Positions 9,089 to 17,961 of a DNA stretch of 64,000 nucleotides are shown in pieces. The stretch lies in contig LCCV01000001.1 in assembly GCA_000998135.1 (NCBI GenBank), positions 8,958-72,957 on the forward strand, in the 5' to 3' direction. The DNA is from Parcubacteria group bacterium GW2011_GWA2_42_14 (GTDB lineage Bacteria; Patescibacteriota; Minisyncoccia; Sungbacterales; GWA2-42-14). The stretch's first letter is position 1; each line of letters opens with the position of its first letter. A program made the position numbers and the translations under genes. Under the pieces are notes generated by a model. That model did not search any database and was not told the origin of the DNA. It worked only from the letters and a program-made list of their open reading frames with translations.

Positions 9089-9346
9089 TTATCTATAAAT
9101 ATCATGAGTACCAATGTTGATAAAATCTGCGCAATTTGAATTGACAAAAGAAAATATAATTCTATATTGGCTAACTACGCTAAATGACCAGTAATCTTTA
9201 TATTTGCCATGAAGTTTATGAGTTTCGAGGCGGGAGTCAAAAGGATTTGCTATAAAAATTTTTCCTTTTTCTTCGGCGTGTTCTTTTACAAATTTCGGCA
9301 TTTTCTTATAAGATTTCGTGAATTTTGAAGTAACGCGAATTTTCAT
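9089..9346 (-). CDS. RelE/ParE-family type II toxin.
   Basis: An 85-aa protein whose C-terminus (YRIIFSFVNSNCADFINIGTHDIYR) matches the RelE/ParE signature. It begins 11 nt after the upstream small ORF. Confidence 0.7.
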   Translation of the reverse strand: MKIRVTSKFTKSYKKMPKFVKEHAEEKGKIFIANPFDSRLETHKLHGKYKDYWSFSVVSQYRIIFSFVNSNCADFINIGTHDIYR

Positions 9347-9356
9347 AAAATCAATA

Positions 9357-9596
9357 TCAGCGCAACTCGGCTAAAGAATTAATCGTCTTTAGTTTTCCCT
9401 GACGCTTTTCCTTTTTATATATTTTAATCGCCTTATCAGTATCTACTTCTTCCACAAACCACTTTTTAACCATTTTTTGTAAATTCATAAATTCCTCGTA
9501 TTTCTTGCGAGGAATAATAATCAATTCTTTTTCTTTTATTAATTCTTTGGGAATAGTAAGAGTATTCATATTTTCATCATACGGCATCAAAAACAA
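9357..9596 (-). CDS. Putative cognate antitoxin.
   Basis: A 79-aa ORF immediately upstream of the toxin on the same strand, in the usual antitoxin-first arrangement. Assignment rests on position; no family was recognised. Confidence 0.45.
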   Translation of the reverse strand: MFLMPYDENMNTLTIPKELIKEKELIIIPRKKYEEFMNLQKMVKKWFVEEVDTDKAIKIYKKEKRQGKLKTINSLAELR

Positions 9597-9805
9597 AAAA
9601 ACAAGGTGGAGTATTGACCCCGTTAAAAATCTAAATAAAACTTAATTTTATTACGTAAGACGCGAGGCGAAGCCGCTTCGCTTCACACCACCATGTCATT
9701 GCTGTCATGTCGTAAGGATTGCAATAGTAATAGCTATATGATACATATAATTTACGTTCTTTTCAAATATATATCCTAAGCCCCGAGAAAGAGAAAGCGA
9801 TAAAA

Positions 9806-10294
9806 ATGAACAGAATCAGCGCGATTTTAGCATCCCTTGCCGTAATTCTCGTATTTTCCATGTTTATTTTTCCAAACTTTTTTTTCGGCGATAAAGTCCA
9901 AAAAATTCAAGAAATCAAACAGGGCGCGCCTGCTACCGATAAAACCGAAACGAGCTCCCGGCCGGCCAACCAGGCCCGCCTCAACGAAATTATTCAAATG
10001 GCGGAATCAGCCAAACAAAAAGAAAAAGATTTAAACGCGAAGGTTGACGAATTGGCTAAAGCAGTCAAATGCGCCAATACCCTTGAATCGATTTTTTGCG
10101 ACAATACATTAAGAACCCTAGCTCGTGATAAAAAAGTCGCGGAAAGTCTTATCACGCTTTCTAAATCAATACCCATTGTCATCACCGTACACCTATACCC
10201 TTTTGGCAGCATCTATGTCAGTAGTGACGGTTGGCTCATTATAACGGAGGAACCGGATATTGAAGGAGTCAAAAAATTTTTAGGGGTAAAATAG
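9806..10294 (+). CDS. Secreted or membrane-anchored protein, paralogue B.
   Basis: Signal/TM at the N-terminus, the PATDKT motif and the same KKFLGVK C-terminus, with a duplicated promoter and terminator. Confidence 0.5.
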   Translation: MNRISAILASLAVILVFSMFIFPNFFFGDKVQKIQEIKQGAPATDKTETSSRPANQARLNEIIQMAESAKQKEKDLNAKVDELAKAVKCANTLESIFCDNTLRTLARDKKVAESLITLSKSIPIVITVHLYPFGSIYVSSDGWLIITEEPDIEGVKKFLGVK

Positions 10295-10330
10295 GCGCCA
10301 TTCCGGCGCTCTTTTTTTATTTTCAATATT
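10294..10330 (+). terminator. Intrinsic terminator, an identical copy of the one at 9011-9045.
   Basis: Sequence taggcgccattccggcgctctttttttattttcaatatttacc. Confidence 0.6.
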
Positions 10331-10555
10331 TACCTGCGAGCGCGAACCAAAGGGCAAGGCGCGAGCAGTTGTAAATATTGAAACGAGCACTCAATTTAAA
10401 ATCGTGTATTTCTTGTATCAAAACATTTGCTTTCGCGCGTTTTATTGATAAACTTAATTATTATGTATACTAAGCTCAAATTGAATGCTCGGTGCTCAAT
10501 TTTCTAGCATCTCGGCTTCGCAAGCAAGATTGTTTGCCTCGCTAAGAAAATTAGC

Positions 10556-11083
10556 ATGACTTTAACCACCCACATTTTAATCGCCACCGCGGCCGCCAAG
10601 CCGTTTTTCTCCGTGCATCCGGCGCTGGTTTTTGTTGCGGCCATAGCTTCACATTATCTTGCCGATGCCATTCCTCACTGGGACTGGCATTTGTCATCCG
10701 TTAAAGAAGATTTAAGCGACAAACATGACCACAATCTTATTTTAGAAAAAACCATCAATGTTCGTGATCTTCTTAAAATATCTCTTGATATATTTACGGG
10801 CTCGCTAATTGCTTTTTTAATATTACGGCCCGAACTTAACATAAAAGAGCTAACGCCGTTAGCCCTTTCCATTTTCGGAGGAATTCTTCCCGATATGCTT
10901 CAGCCGGTTTTCTGGGTCTGGAAAGAAAAAAATCCGTTTATGTTTATAAAACGCTTCCATAGTTTCATGCACTCAAAAATTTATTTGGGAAGACATTTTT
11001 GGACCGCAAAAAAATATATTATCATCGGCAAAGTTTCTCAAACAATTATTGCGCTTCTGACAATCTGGCTTATTTATTCATGA
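10556..11083 (+). CDS. Membrane protein, possibly of the DUF457/YdjM-like metal-dependent hydrolase family.
   Basis: Several TM helices and a His-rich N-terminus (THILIA...SHYLADAIPHWDWH). Confidence 0.3.
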   Translation: MTLTTHILIATAAAKPFFSVHPALVFVAAIASHYLADAIPHWDWHLSSVKEDLSDKHDHNLILEKTINVRDLLKISLDIFTGSLIAFLILRPELNIKELTPLALSIFGGILPDMLQPVFWVWKEKNPFMFIKRFHSFMHSKIYLGRHFWTAKKYIIIGKVSQTIIALLTIWLIYS

Positions 11084-11138
11084 ATCATAAAACATGAAAC
11101 ATGAAACTTTTTATGTTACATGCTTCATGTTACATGAA

Positions 11139-12197
11139 TCATGCTGAGTGGACTTCTTGCAGCAGCCCTCTCTTTCTCCTGTCAATATCAATTACGAATT
11201 CAACAAGAACCGAAGCAATGGGTACGGCTAAAAACAGTCCAAGAATTCCTCCAAGTTTGGCTCCAACCAGCAAAGCTACAACCACCACCAAGGGATTCAA
11301 ACCGACCGTTTTTCTCATGACCACCGGCACAATCAAATGGCTTTCCATCTGCTGAATAACGAAATAAACCAGAACCACGATTATCGCCAATATCGGGTCC
11401 TGTAAAAAAGCGGTAAAGGCGGCCGGAGCCGCGGCCATAATCGGGCCAATTACGGGAATTAATTCAAATATAGCCGCCACAAAAGCAAGAAGCAAAGCAT
11501 ATTTAACGCCCAAAAATGACAAAGCAGTAAATACCAATATTCCGATCAAAACCCCGAGGAGAAGTTGGGCCCTTAACCAATGGCCCATTTTTTTTTGGGA
11601 ACGAGTCCAAAGGTCAATCATGTATTCCTCGTACTCAAGCGGGGTTACCAGACGCAAAAAATTTTCAATACCGCTTTCCTGCGTTGCCAGATAAAAAGAA
11701 ACAACAATCAAAATCACCACGGATATAAGCCCGCCAAAAATGGCAGAAAGAATTCCAAAAGCGTTTCCCGTAAGCTGCCCTATCGGAATAGAACCGTTCT
11801 CAATAAAATCTTCAGCTCCGTCAGAAAGATAATCAAAAAACGGCAATCCTTCAAATTCCTTAAGTTCGCTTAAAAATTTGGATTGATAGGCATAATAAAC
11901 TTCCCGAAAAGAATCAAATTCTTCGGCAAGCGTAGGAATCAAAAAATAAAAAATAACGGCAAAAATTAAAAATACCGCAAGATAAATTATAATAACCCCC
12001 GCAATACGCGGGATTTTATATTTTTTAAACCAAAATATGACTGGCTCCATGGCCGAAGCAATAACAACCGCGAATAAGAGGGCGGCCAAAACATCCGAAA
12101 GAATATAGAGCAAAAGCGCCCCGCCAACAACGAGAAAAAATTTTATGAAGACTTTATATGATATATCTATGGGGTGAAGAGGGTTTTTGGTGGGCAT
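11139..12197 (-). CDS. AI-2E family (PerM/UPF0118) transporter.
   Basis: Eight predicted TM helices and the LGLFLAVPIASV motif near the C-terminus. The ORF's first ~19 codons lie in a dispersed repeat, so the start is placed at MPTKNP. Confidence 0.75.
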   Translation of the reverse strand: MPTKNPLHPIDISYKVFIKFFLVVGGALLLYILSDVLAALLFAVVIASAMEPVIFWFKKYKIPRIAGVIIIYLAVFLIFAVIFYFLIPTLAEEFDSFREVYYAYQSKFLSELKEFEGLPFFDYLSDGAEDFIENGSIPIGQLTGNAFGILSAIFGGLISVVILIVVSFYLATQESGIENFLRLVTPLEYEEYMIDLWTRSQKKMGHWLRAQLLLGVLIGILVFTALSFLGVKYALLLAFVAAIFELIPVIGPIMAAAPAAFTAFLQDPILAIIVVLVYFVIQQMESHLIVPVVMRKTVGLNPLVVVVALLVGAKLGGILGLFLAVPIASVLVEFVIDIDRRKRGLLQEVHSA

Positions 12198-12290
12198 GCG
12201 CCATTCGCCAATCAGTCGCGAATTATTTCGCAAATGGTTTGATAAACTCACCATAAATATTCGCGAATAAAATTAGAGATTGATTAGAGA

Positions 12291-13556
12291 TCAAAATTTC
12301 AAAATTTTCTCGAATTCTTTCTTTTCTTTATATGGCCCGAGCAGTGCCATGTTTAGAGAAGCAGGCTGAAAAATAAAACGAGCCACTCTATTTATATCAT
12401 TAACGGTAACTTTATCTATTTTACCAAAAACCTCATCAATTGTCAAAGGTTTACCGGTTATAATTTCCTCAATTCCTATAAAATCAGCCACTGCGTCAGA
12501 CGCTTCCATTCCTATAAGCGAAGTACCTTTAATATAATCCTTGGCAAGTTTCAACTCCTTTTGACTAACTCCTTTCCCCCTGAGCTTCTTATATTCATTA
12601 AGAATGGTCTGAATAGCCTTTTTTGCGTTAGAATGATCAACCCCGGCATAAGTAACAAAATATCCACGATTGGAAAAAGAATCCTCAACAGTTCGAACAT
12701 TATAGGCCAAACCAAGTTTTTCGCGTATTGTCTCAAACATTCTAGAACTCCAATTTCCGCCGGTAATTATTGATAAAACCTGAAGCGCGTAAATATCCTT
12801 ATGGCTGACGGGAAACCCCCTGAACCCGATGACGACATGGGTTTGGTCGGTTTCCTTATAACCGATTCCTATCATCGGTTTTTTTTGCCCCTCCATGACC
12901 GTGGGCGAATTTCCGGTTTTCGCAACTCTTATGCTGGAAAAATATTTTTTTATTTTTTCAACAGTTTCTTTTTCATCAAAATTTCCGGCAACAATAACCG
13001 CTGTATTTGCCGAAACATAGTGGGTGCTCCAATAATTTACAAAGTCATTTCTTTTAAGTTTTTTCAAAACCTCTTCCGTTCCGACGATTTCCCATCCGGC
13101 TGGCTGGTCACCATATAAAAGATGTTCCCACATCCTCCAAATAAAAGAGGTTGGCGTATCTTTATACTTGTGAATTTCTTCTATTATTACCTGGCGTTCT
13201 TTTATCAATTCTTCTTCTTTTAATAGAGAATTTTTATAAATATCAGACAAAAGGTCCAAAGAAAAATCCAAATGAATTTTTCCGGCCTTTATGAAGTATC
13301 CCGTGAATTCGTGCGAAGTAAAAGCGTTTGAAATTGAACCAATGGAATCAAGTTCACGCTTAATATCAAGGGGCTTGGGCCTTTTTTTCGTGCCCTTGAA
13401 AATCATATGCTCCAAAAAATGCGAGATGCCGTTATTATTTTTAGTTTCGTAATCCGAACCGGTTCCGACCATAACCAAAGTAGTAACAGTGTTGGTGTCC
13501 TTCATAGGAGCAGTAAGTATTCTTAAGCCATTTGGTAAAACAATTTTTTTAAACAT
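12291..13556 (-). CDS. M16-family (insulinase-like) zinc peptidase.
   Basis: Inverted zinc-binding motif HFLEHMIFKG (HxxEH) near the N-terminus. Confidence 0.8.
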   Translation of the reverse strand: MFKKIVLPNGLRILTAPMKDTNTVTTLVMVGTGSDYETKNNNGISHFLEHMIFKGTKKRPKPLDIKRELDSIGSISNAFTSHEFTGYFIKAGKIHLDFSLDLLSDIYKNSLLKEEELIKERQVIIEEIHKYKDTPTSFIWRMWEHLLYGDQPAGWEIVGTEEVLKKLKRNDFVNYWSTHYVSANTAVIVAGNFDEKETVEKIKKYFSSIRVAKTGNSPTVMEGQKKPMIGIGYKETDQTHVVIGFRGFPVSHKDIYALQVLSIITGGNWSSRMFETIREKLGLAYNVRTVEDSFSNRGYFVTYAGVDHSNAKKAIQTILNEYKKLRGKGVSQKELKLAKDYIKGTSLIGMEASDAVADFIGIEEIITGKPLTIDEVFGKIDKVTVNDINRVARFIFQPASLNMALLGPYKEKKEFEKILKF

Positions 13557-13682
13557 AAAGAAATTTAATCAACGAATAACGAATCTTTTACGAATTTACA
13601 AATAAACGAGTTACGAATAATTCGTTATTCGCTTATTCATTTTTTCGCGATAAATTCGTTGTTCGCTGATTTCTGAAAATTG

Positions 13683-14981
13683 TCACTTTAACCTCTCGCT
13701 GAAATACTGTATCAATTCTTGCACTGAAATCCTTTCCTGTTTTGCCGTATCCCTGTCGCGAACCGTAACAGTATCATCTTCTAATGTCTGAAAGTCAATT
13801 GTAACACACCATGGAGTCCCGATTTCGTCTTGGGCATAATAACGTTTTCCAATATTGCCCCTATCGTCCCAAGCAACAATAAATCCTGAATCGTGAACCA
13901 TTGAGTCCTTTAAACTATCATATACCCTCCTGGCTTTTGTTACCAAATTCTCCTTATTGGCAAGAAGCGGAAAAACCGCGGCCTTTATTGGCGAAATTTT
14001 AGGCGGCAATTTCAAAACAACCCGCTTGCCGCCGTCTTCTTCGGCATATGAATTGACCAAAGCCGCAAGAAATGTGCGGTCAACTCCGAATGTCGGCTCA
14101 ATCACGCGCGGAATAAAGCGTTCTTTTGTTTCTTCGTCATAATACAAAATATCAACACCCGATTTTTCCGCATGGCTTTTTAAATCAAAATCGGTTCGGT
14201 AAGCAATCCCGTAAAGTTCTTCCTTGCCGAAAGGAAAATCAAAATCCAAATCAACCGTGCGCTCGGAATAATGAGCACGCTCTTCATCAGGAACTTCCCG
14301 GTCGTAAATTTTGGAAATGCCGATTGATTCCGCCCAGTTATGCATTTCTTTGAGCCACTCTTCAAAATACTTTTTCCAATCGGACGCTTTAACAAAATAT
14401 TCAATTTCCATCTGCTCAAACTCGCGGGTGCGGAAAATAAAATTTCCTGGAGTAATTTCGTTTCGAAAGGCCTTGCCTATTTGCGCGATTCCAAACGGCA
14501 ATTTCGGATGCATTGAATCAATAACATTTTTAAAATTAATAAACATCCCCTGCGCGGTTTCGGGACGCAGATAAGTTTCTGAAGCGGTATCTTCAACCGG
14601 CCCGACAAAAGTTTTAAACATCATGTTAAAAGAACGGGGTGGCGTAAAATCTTTTATCCCGCATTCCGGGCACCCCTTACTTACGTCAATCTTATCGGCG
14701 CGAAATCTTGCCTTGCATTTTCTGCAATCAACCATCGGGTCAACGAAATTTTTCAGATGCCCCGACGCTTCCCAAACCTTGGCGTTCATCAAAATCGCCG
14801 TATCAACTCCAAAAACATCATCTCGCCCCTGAACAAATCTTTTCCACCACTCTTTCTTAATATTATTTTTCAACTCAACCCCCAACGGACCGTAATCCCA
14901 TGTTCCAGCCAGTCCACCGTAAATCTCGGAGCCGGGATAAATAAAACCCCGCCTTTTTGCCAAAGATACAATCTTGTCCAT
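13683..14981 (-). CDS. glyQS: Glycyl-tRNA synthetase, alpha2 type.
   Basis: MDKIVSLAKRRGFIYPGSEIYGGLAGTWDYGPLGVELKNN is the canonical GlyRS N-terminus, and class II motifs follow. Confidence 0.9.
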   Translation of the reverse strand: MDKIVSLAKRRGFIYPGSEIYGGLAGTWDYGPLGVELKNNIKKEWWKRFVQGRDDVFGVDTAILMNAKVWEASGHLKNFVDPMVDCRKCKARFRADKIDVSKGCPECGIKDFTPPRSFNMMFKTFVGPVEDTASETYLRPETAQGMFINFKNVIDSMHPKLPFGIAQIGKAFRNEITPGNFIFRTREFEQMEIEYFVKASDWKKYFEEWLKEMHNWAESIGISKIYDREVPDEERAHYSERTVDLDFDFPFGKEELYGIAYRTDFDLKSHAEKSGVDILYYDEETKERFIPRVIEPTFGVDRTFLAALVNSYAEEDGGKRVVLKLPPKISPIKAAVFPLLANKENLVTKARRVYDSLKDSMVHDSGFIVAWDDRGNIGKRYYAQDEIGTPWCVTIDFQTLEDDTVTVRDRDTAKQERISVQELIQYFSERLK

Positions 14982-15080
14982 TAAATTCTTTGAACCTGCT
15001 TCCTTATTCATGTTCTTGACAAATAATTTATATAATATATAATTAGAATTGCAAAAGTCCTTTTAAAAACGGGTCTGATA

Positions 15081-15389
15081 ATGCGCAAAATGCTCTACCA
15101 ACTCGCCTCCTTTGCTGTTTTATACTATATCATTGCCCTTGCCGTCGGTACTACCCTATTCTTTGTGCTGGGATGGAAGAGCCTTCTATTCTTATGGCTT
15201 GGTTCGGCATCAGTAAACATCTTCATTATGTGGCTTGTCGACAAAAAAAGACAACGCAATAACCTTCCTCCCCAATGGTTTCTTGATGACCCAAGCGGCG
15301 CCACAATATCTTCTTGTTTAGCAGGACTGTTAGTGCTCCCTTTTACTATTGCCGCCCTATTTGAACGAACTGGACAAATCAATAAATAA
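15081..15389 (+). CDS. Small membrane protein, hypothetical.
   Basis: A 102-aa ORF with three TM segments, followed by a strong terminator. Confidence 0.4.
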   Translation: MRKMLYQLASFAVLYYIIALAVGTTLFFVLGWKSLLFLWLGSASVNIFIMWLVDKKRQRNNLPPQWFLDDPSGATISSCLAGLLVLPFTIAALFERTGQINK

Positions 15390-15427
15390 AAGTATAAAAA
15401 ATAAATTTGCCAAAATATTTTTCAGCG

Positions 15428-15462
15428 GCCGTGCGCCGCTTTTTTCTTTTTAACAAAACTTA
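15428..15462 (+). terminator. Rho-independent terminator.
   Basis: Stem gcggc-cgtgc-gccgc followed by ttttttcttttt. Confidence 0.65.
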
Positions 15463-15859
15463 CCTCAAGCAAATAATGCCACAAAATTTTTCATTGTGGT
15501 ATTTCAAAATAAGATAAACCCGTCATCACGTCCCACCCCCCTCTCTTTTATATTCAAGCGGCCCTGATTTTATTAAGAAAACCATCTCGCAGGCCGAGCG
15601 GGGTCGTGAAGCGACGGGTTGTTCGGAGGACAACCCCGGGCTTTTGCGAGAAGCAAAAGTGGTTCCCGCTATTCAATTAAAATAAATAAAGAGCGGGAGA
15701 GCGAGGGCGAAAAAGTAATGTTATTACTTTTTCGCGGGCATTGCGAGCAGTCAGACCGCAGTCGGACAGCACAGCAGGATGCCCGGGAACGAGAGTGAGC
15801 GCAATTTCCACGCTGGGGAAATTGATAGCGTGTTTTCGTATAAAATCAGGACCACTTCA

Positions 15860-17872
15860 TCACTCCACCACGCTCCAATCCTTGTTCACCGTCTGCAAAT
15901 CTTCTTTCAATTCAGTGGTTACATCATCGGCGATACTTTCAAGGGCGGTTTTAGTAAAAGAATCCACGCCGGCAATTCTTATATTCTTAACCAACAGGGC
16001 GCGGTTGTTCACCGCGTTTTCACCCGGAGTAATGGCGACATTGAAAGCCAAAAACATTCTGGGCCTGACAACGCCGGTTCCGGCAAAAACATCTCCCGCA
16101 TCCCAAATAAGTTCTCCCGAAGACGGATTAAAACTTAATTTTTCTTTTTTATCGCCCGTTATCTGGTCCAGCCACCTTACGTTCCCCGGCAAAGAAGCGT
16201 ATAATTTTACGCCCTTGGCATCACTAGACAGATTGGAAATTTGAAAAACAACAGTATAGCCGGTTTCTCTGCCGACGGCAGGAGGTAGCGTTCCGATATT
16301 TGGACCCAGAGGAGAATTATAAAATACGGCCTTGGACAAAACAGACAATTGCGTTTTTAATTTAATCTCCAGTAAATTTTCGTATTCAAGCTTAATCCCT
16401 TCAAATCCTTCAGGCGCGGTTTTAGTGATGATTTTTGCCAAAGACGATATGACAAAATCTTTATCAAAAAAACTTGTTATTGACGGTTGTTTCTTAACAA
16501 CTGCGGAAAACGTCACATAACCGTTTTCACCAGGATCCAATTCTTTTAATTCCGGAAAAGAGGATGCGTTCCAAACAAGCTCGCGCGATGCCCCGTCAAA
16601 AAAACCTTTTTCAATTTTCAAATCCCTTAAGTCCATGAGCCCCTCGGAAAGGCGCACTCTTATAAAAACGTCTCTCACCGCCACAGGAAGATTGTTTTTG
16701 TAATAAACAGAAAAGTTTAAGGGCTCCCCAAACCTGGCGGCATAATTTTCGGCCCTGTTTACGTCCTGCCTGACAAAAAGAGGAGGAGATGCTAGATGAA
16801 TTTCTCCCACCTTATCAACAAATGTTTTGAATTGCCTTGTCTGGGGATTATATTCTCCGATGCTGGTAATGAATAATTTGACTTCTTCAGGAAAACCGAT
16901 AATTCTGGAGTTAATCGTAATGCGGCGGCTTTCACCCCGGAGCAAATCGCCCAATTTCCAAATACTATTTTCATAATCAGGTTTCTTATTAGAAGATAAA
17001 AATTCCAAACCGGTAGGCCAGTCCACCCTCATATACAAATTATTAAAGTCCACCTTGGAACTTGATGTAACCTCAACCACTATTTTTATGTCTTGTCCGC
17101 TGATAACTTTTTCAGGAATATCATAAAACACCGCAATCGGCACCAAAGAAATCACCATGGAAAAACTTGCCTGTTTTTGAAAACGCGAGGAAATATTTTC
17201 CGGCTGATACAAAAACAGGACCTCCGCTGTTTTTTCTTCGCCTGTATTTCCGAAAATCCGCGCCGTAAAATCAAACTCCCTTTCTTCACCGGGTTTCATT
17301 TCTTCAACCCTTATTTTGCTTCTTAAATTTTTTGAAACGTTTTCGCCGTCAACGGGTACTGCTCCCTTGGGATAGATAAAATTAAGTTCGGAGTTTTTAA
17401 CAGCTACACCAAGATTATTGCGTATAGTTACCGTCCATGTTTGGGTATCACCGGCTTCAACCGCGGCCTCACCCGATATTTCAAGCGTTACCGCGCCTCC
17501 TTTTTGAAAAACTCCGTAATAGACAAAACCCGCCGCGGCAACCACGGACACAAAAAAAACAATTGACGTAAAAATAAAAATTTTTGATTTATAAAAAGAT
17601 TTTTTGGTTTTTGGCATATTGGTAGTTGTTAAAACCGGCTCTTCTCCACCACCCGCTATCCTACGCATTTCTTCGGGTGAAGAAGGCCTAAAAGATCCAA
17701 TTTCATGACGCCCGGCCCCGTCCTCCGCCGAATCAACCACCCTATCTTCCCCATACGTTCTATCGCTATCCGTTTTTTTTCTCTGTACCTCATAGAGTTC
17801 TTTCTGTTTTCGTTCTTTGGGCCCTTTTCTGGAATAAATTTTTTCCTTTAGTTCTTCGAGTTTATCAGACAT
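15860..17872 (-). CDS. Large membrane-anchored, probably extracellular, protein of unknown function.
   Basis: A 670-aa ORF with a charged N-terminus, a single TM (IFIFTSIVFFVSVVAAAGFVYYGVF) and a long beta-rich ectodomain. Confidence 0.5.
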   Translation of the reverse strand: MSDKLEELKEKIYSRKGPKERKQKELYEVQRKKTDSDRTYGEDRVVDSAEDGAGRHEIGSFRPSSPEEMRRIAGGGEEPVLTTTNMPKTKKSFYKSKIFIFTSIVFFVSVVAAAGFVYYGVFQKGGAVTLEISGEAAVEAGDTQTWTVTIRNNLGVAVKNSELNFIYPKGAVPVDGENVSKNLRSKIRVEEMKPGEEREFDFTARIFGNTGEEKTAEVLFLYQPENISSRFQKQASFSMVISLVPIAVFYDIPEKVISGQDIKIVVEVTSSSKVDFNNLYMRVDWPTGLEFLSSNKKPDYENSIWKLGDLLRGESRRITINSRIIGFPEEVKLFITSIGEYNPQTRQFKTFVDKVGEIHLASPPLFVRQDVNRAENYAARFGEPLNFSVYYKNNLPVAVRDVFIRVRLSEGLMDLRDLKIEKGFFDGASRELVWNASSFPELKELDPGENGYVTFSAVVKKQPSITSFFDKDFVISSLAKIITKTAPEGFEGIKLEYENLLEIKLKTQLSVLSKAVFYNSPLGPNIGTLPPAVGRETGYTVVFQISNLSSDAKGVKLYASLPGNVRWLDQITGDKKEKLSFNPSSGELIWDAGDVFAGTGVVRPRMFLAFNVAITPGENAVNNRALLVKNIRIAGVDSFTKTALESIADDVTTELKEDLQTVNKDWSVVE

Positions 17873-17874
17873 AA

Positions 17875-17950
17875 ATCGCTAATCAATCTCTAATTTTATT
17901 CGCGAATGGTTCGACAAGCTCACCATAAATATTCGCGAATGAATTCGTGT
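17875..17950. repeat. Element of about 80 bp with terminal inverted repeats, one of three copies, sitting immediately upstream of minus-strand gene starts.
   Basis: Sequence cgctaatcaatctctaattttattcgcgaatggttcgacaagctcaccataaatattcgcgaat. Near-identical copies occur at 18497-18570 and 12215-12290. The terminal IR is ctaatcaatctctaattttattcgcgaa / ttcgcgaataaaattagagattgattag. Confidence 0.7.
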
Positions 17951-17961
17951 TTGATTCGTGA

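Noticed and set aside
15600-15870. A second tmRNA-like signature: 5' GGGGUCG...CGACGGG and 3' ...UCACUCC-A-CCA, pairing with a G3.U70 wobble.
   Set aside because: No T-arm (5-bp stem plus UUCGAnU loop) precedes the 3' acceptor strand. The CCACCA lies inside the C-terminal codons of the neighbouring ORF. A complete bona fide tmRNA with a T-arm and tag reading frame exists next to smpB at 27195-27653. The region is retained only as an unassigned structured RNA candidate.
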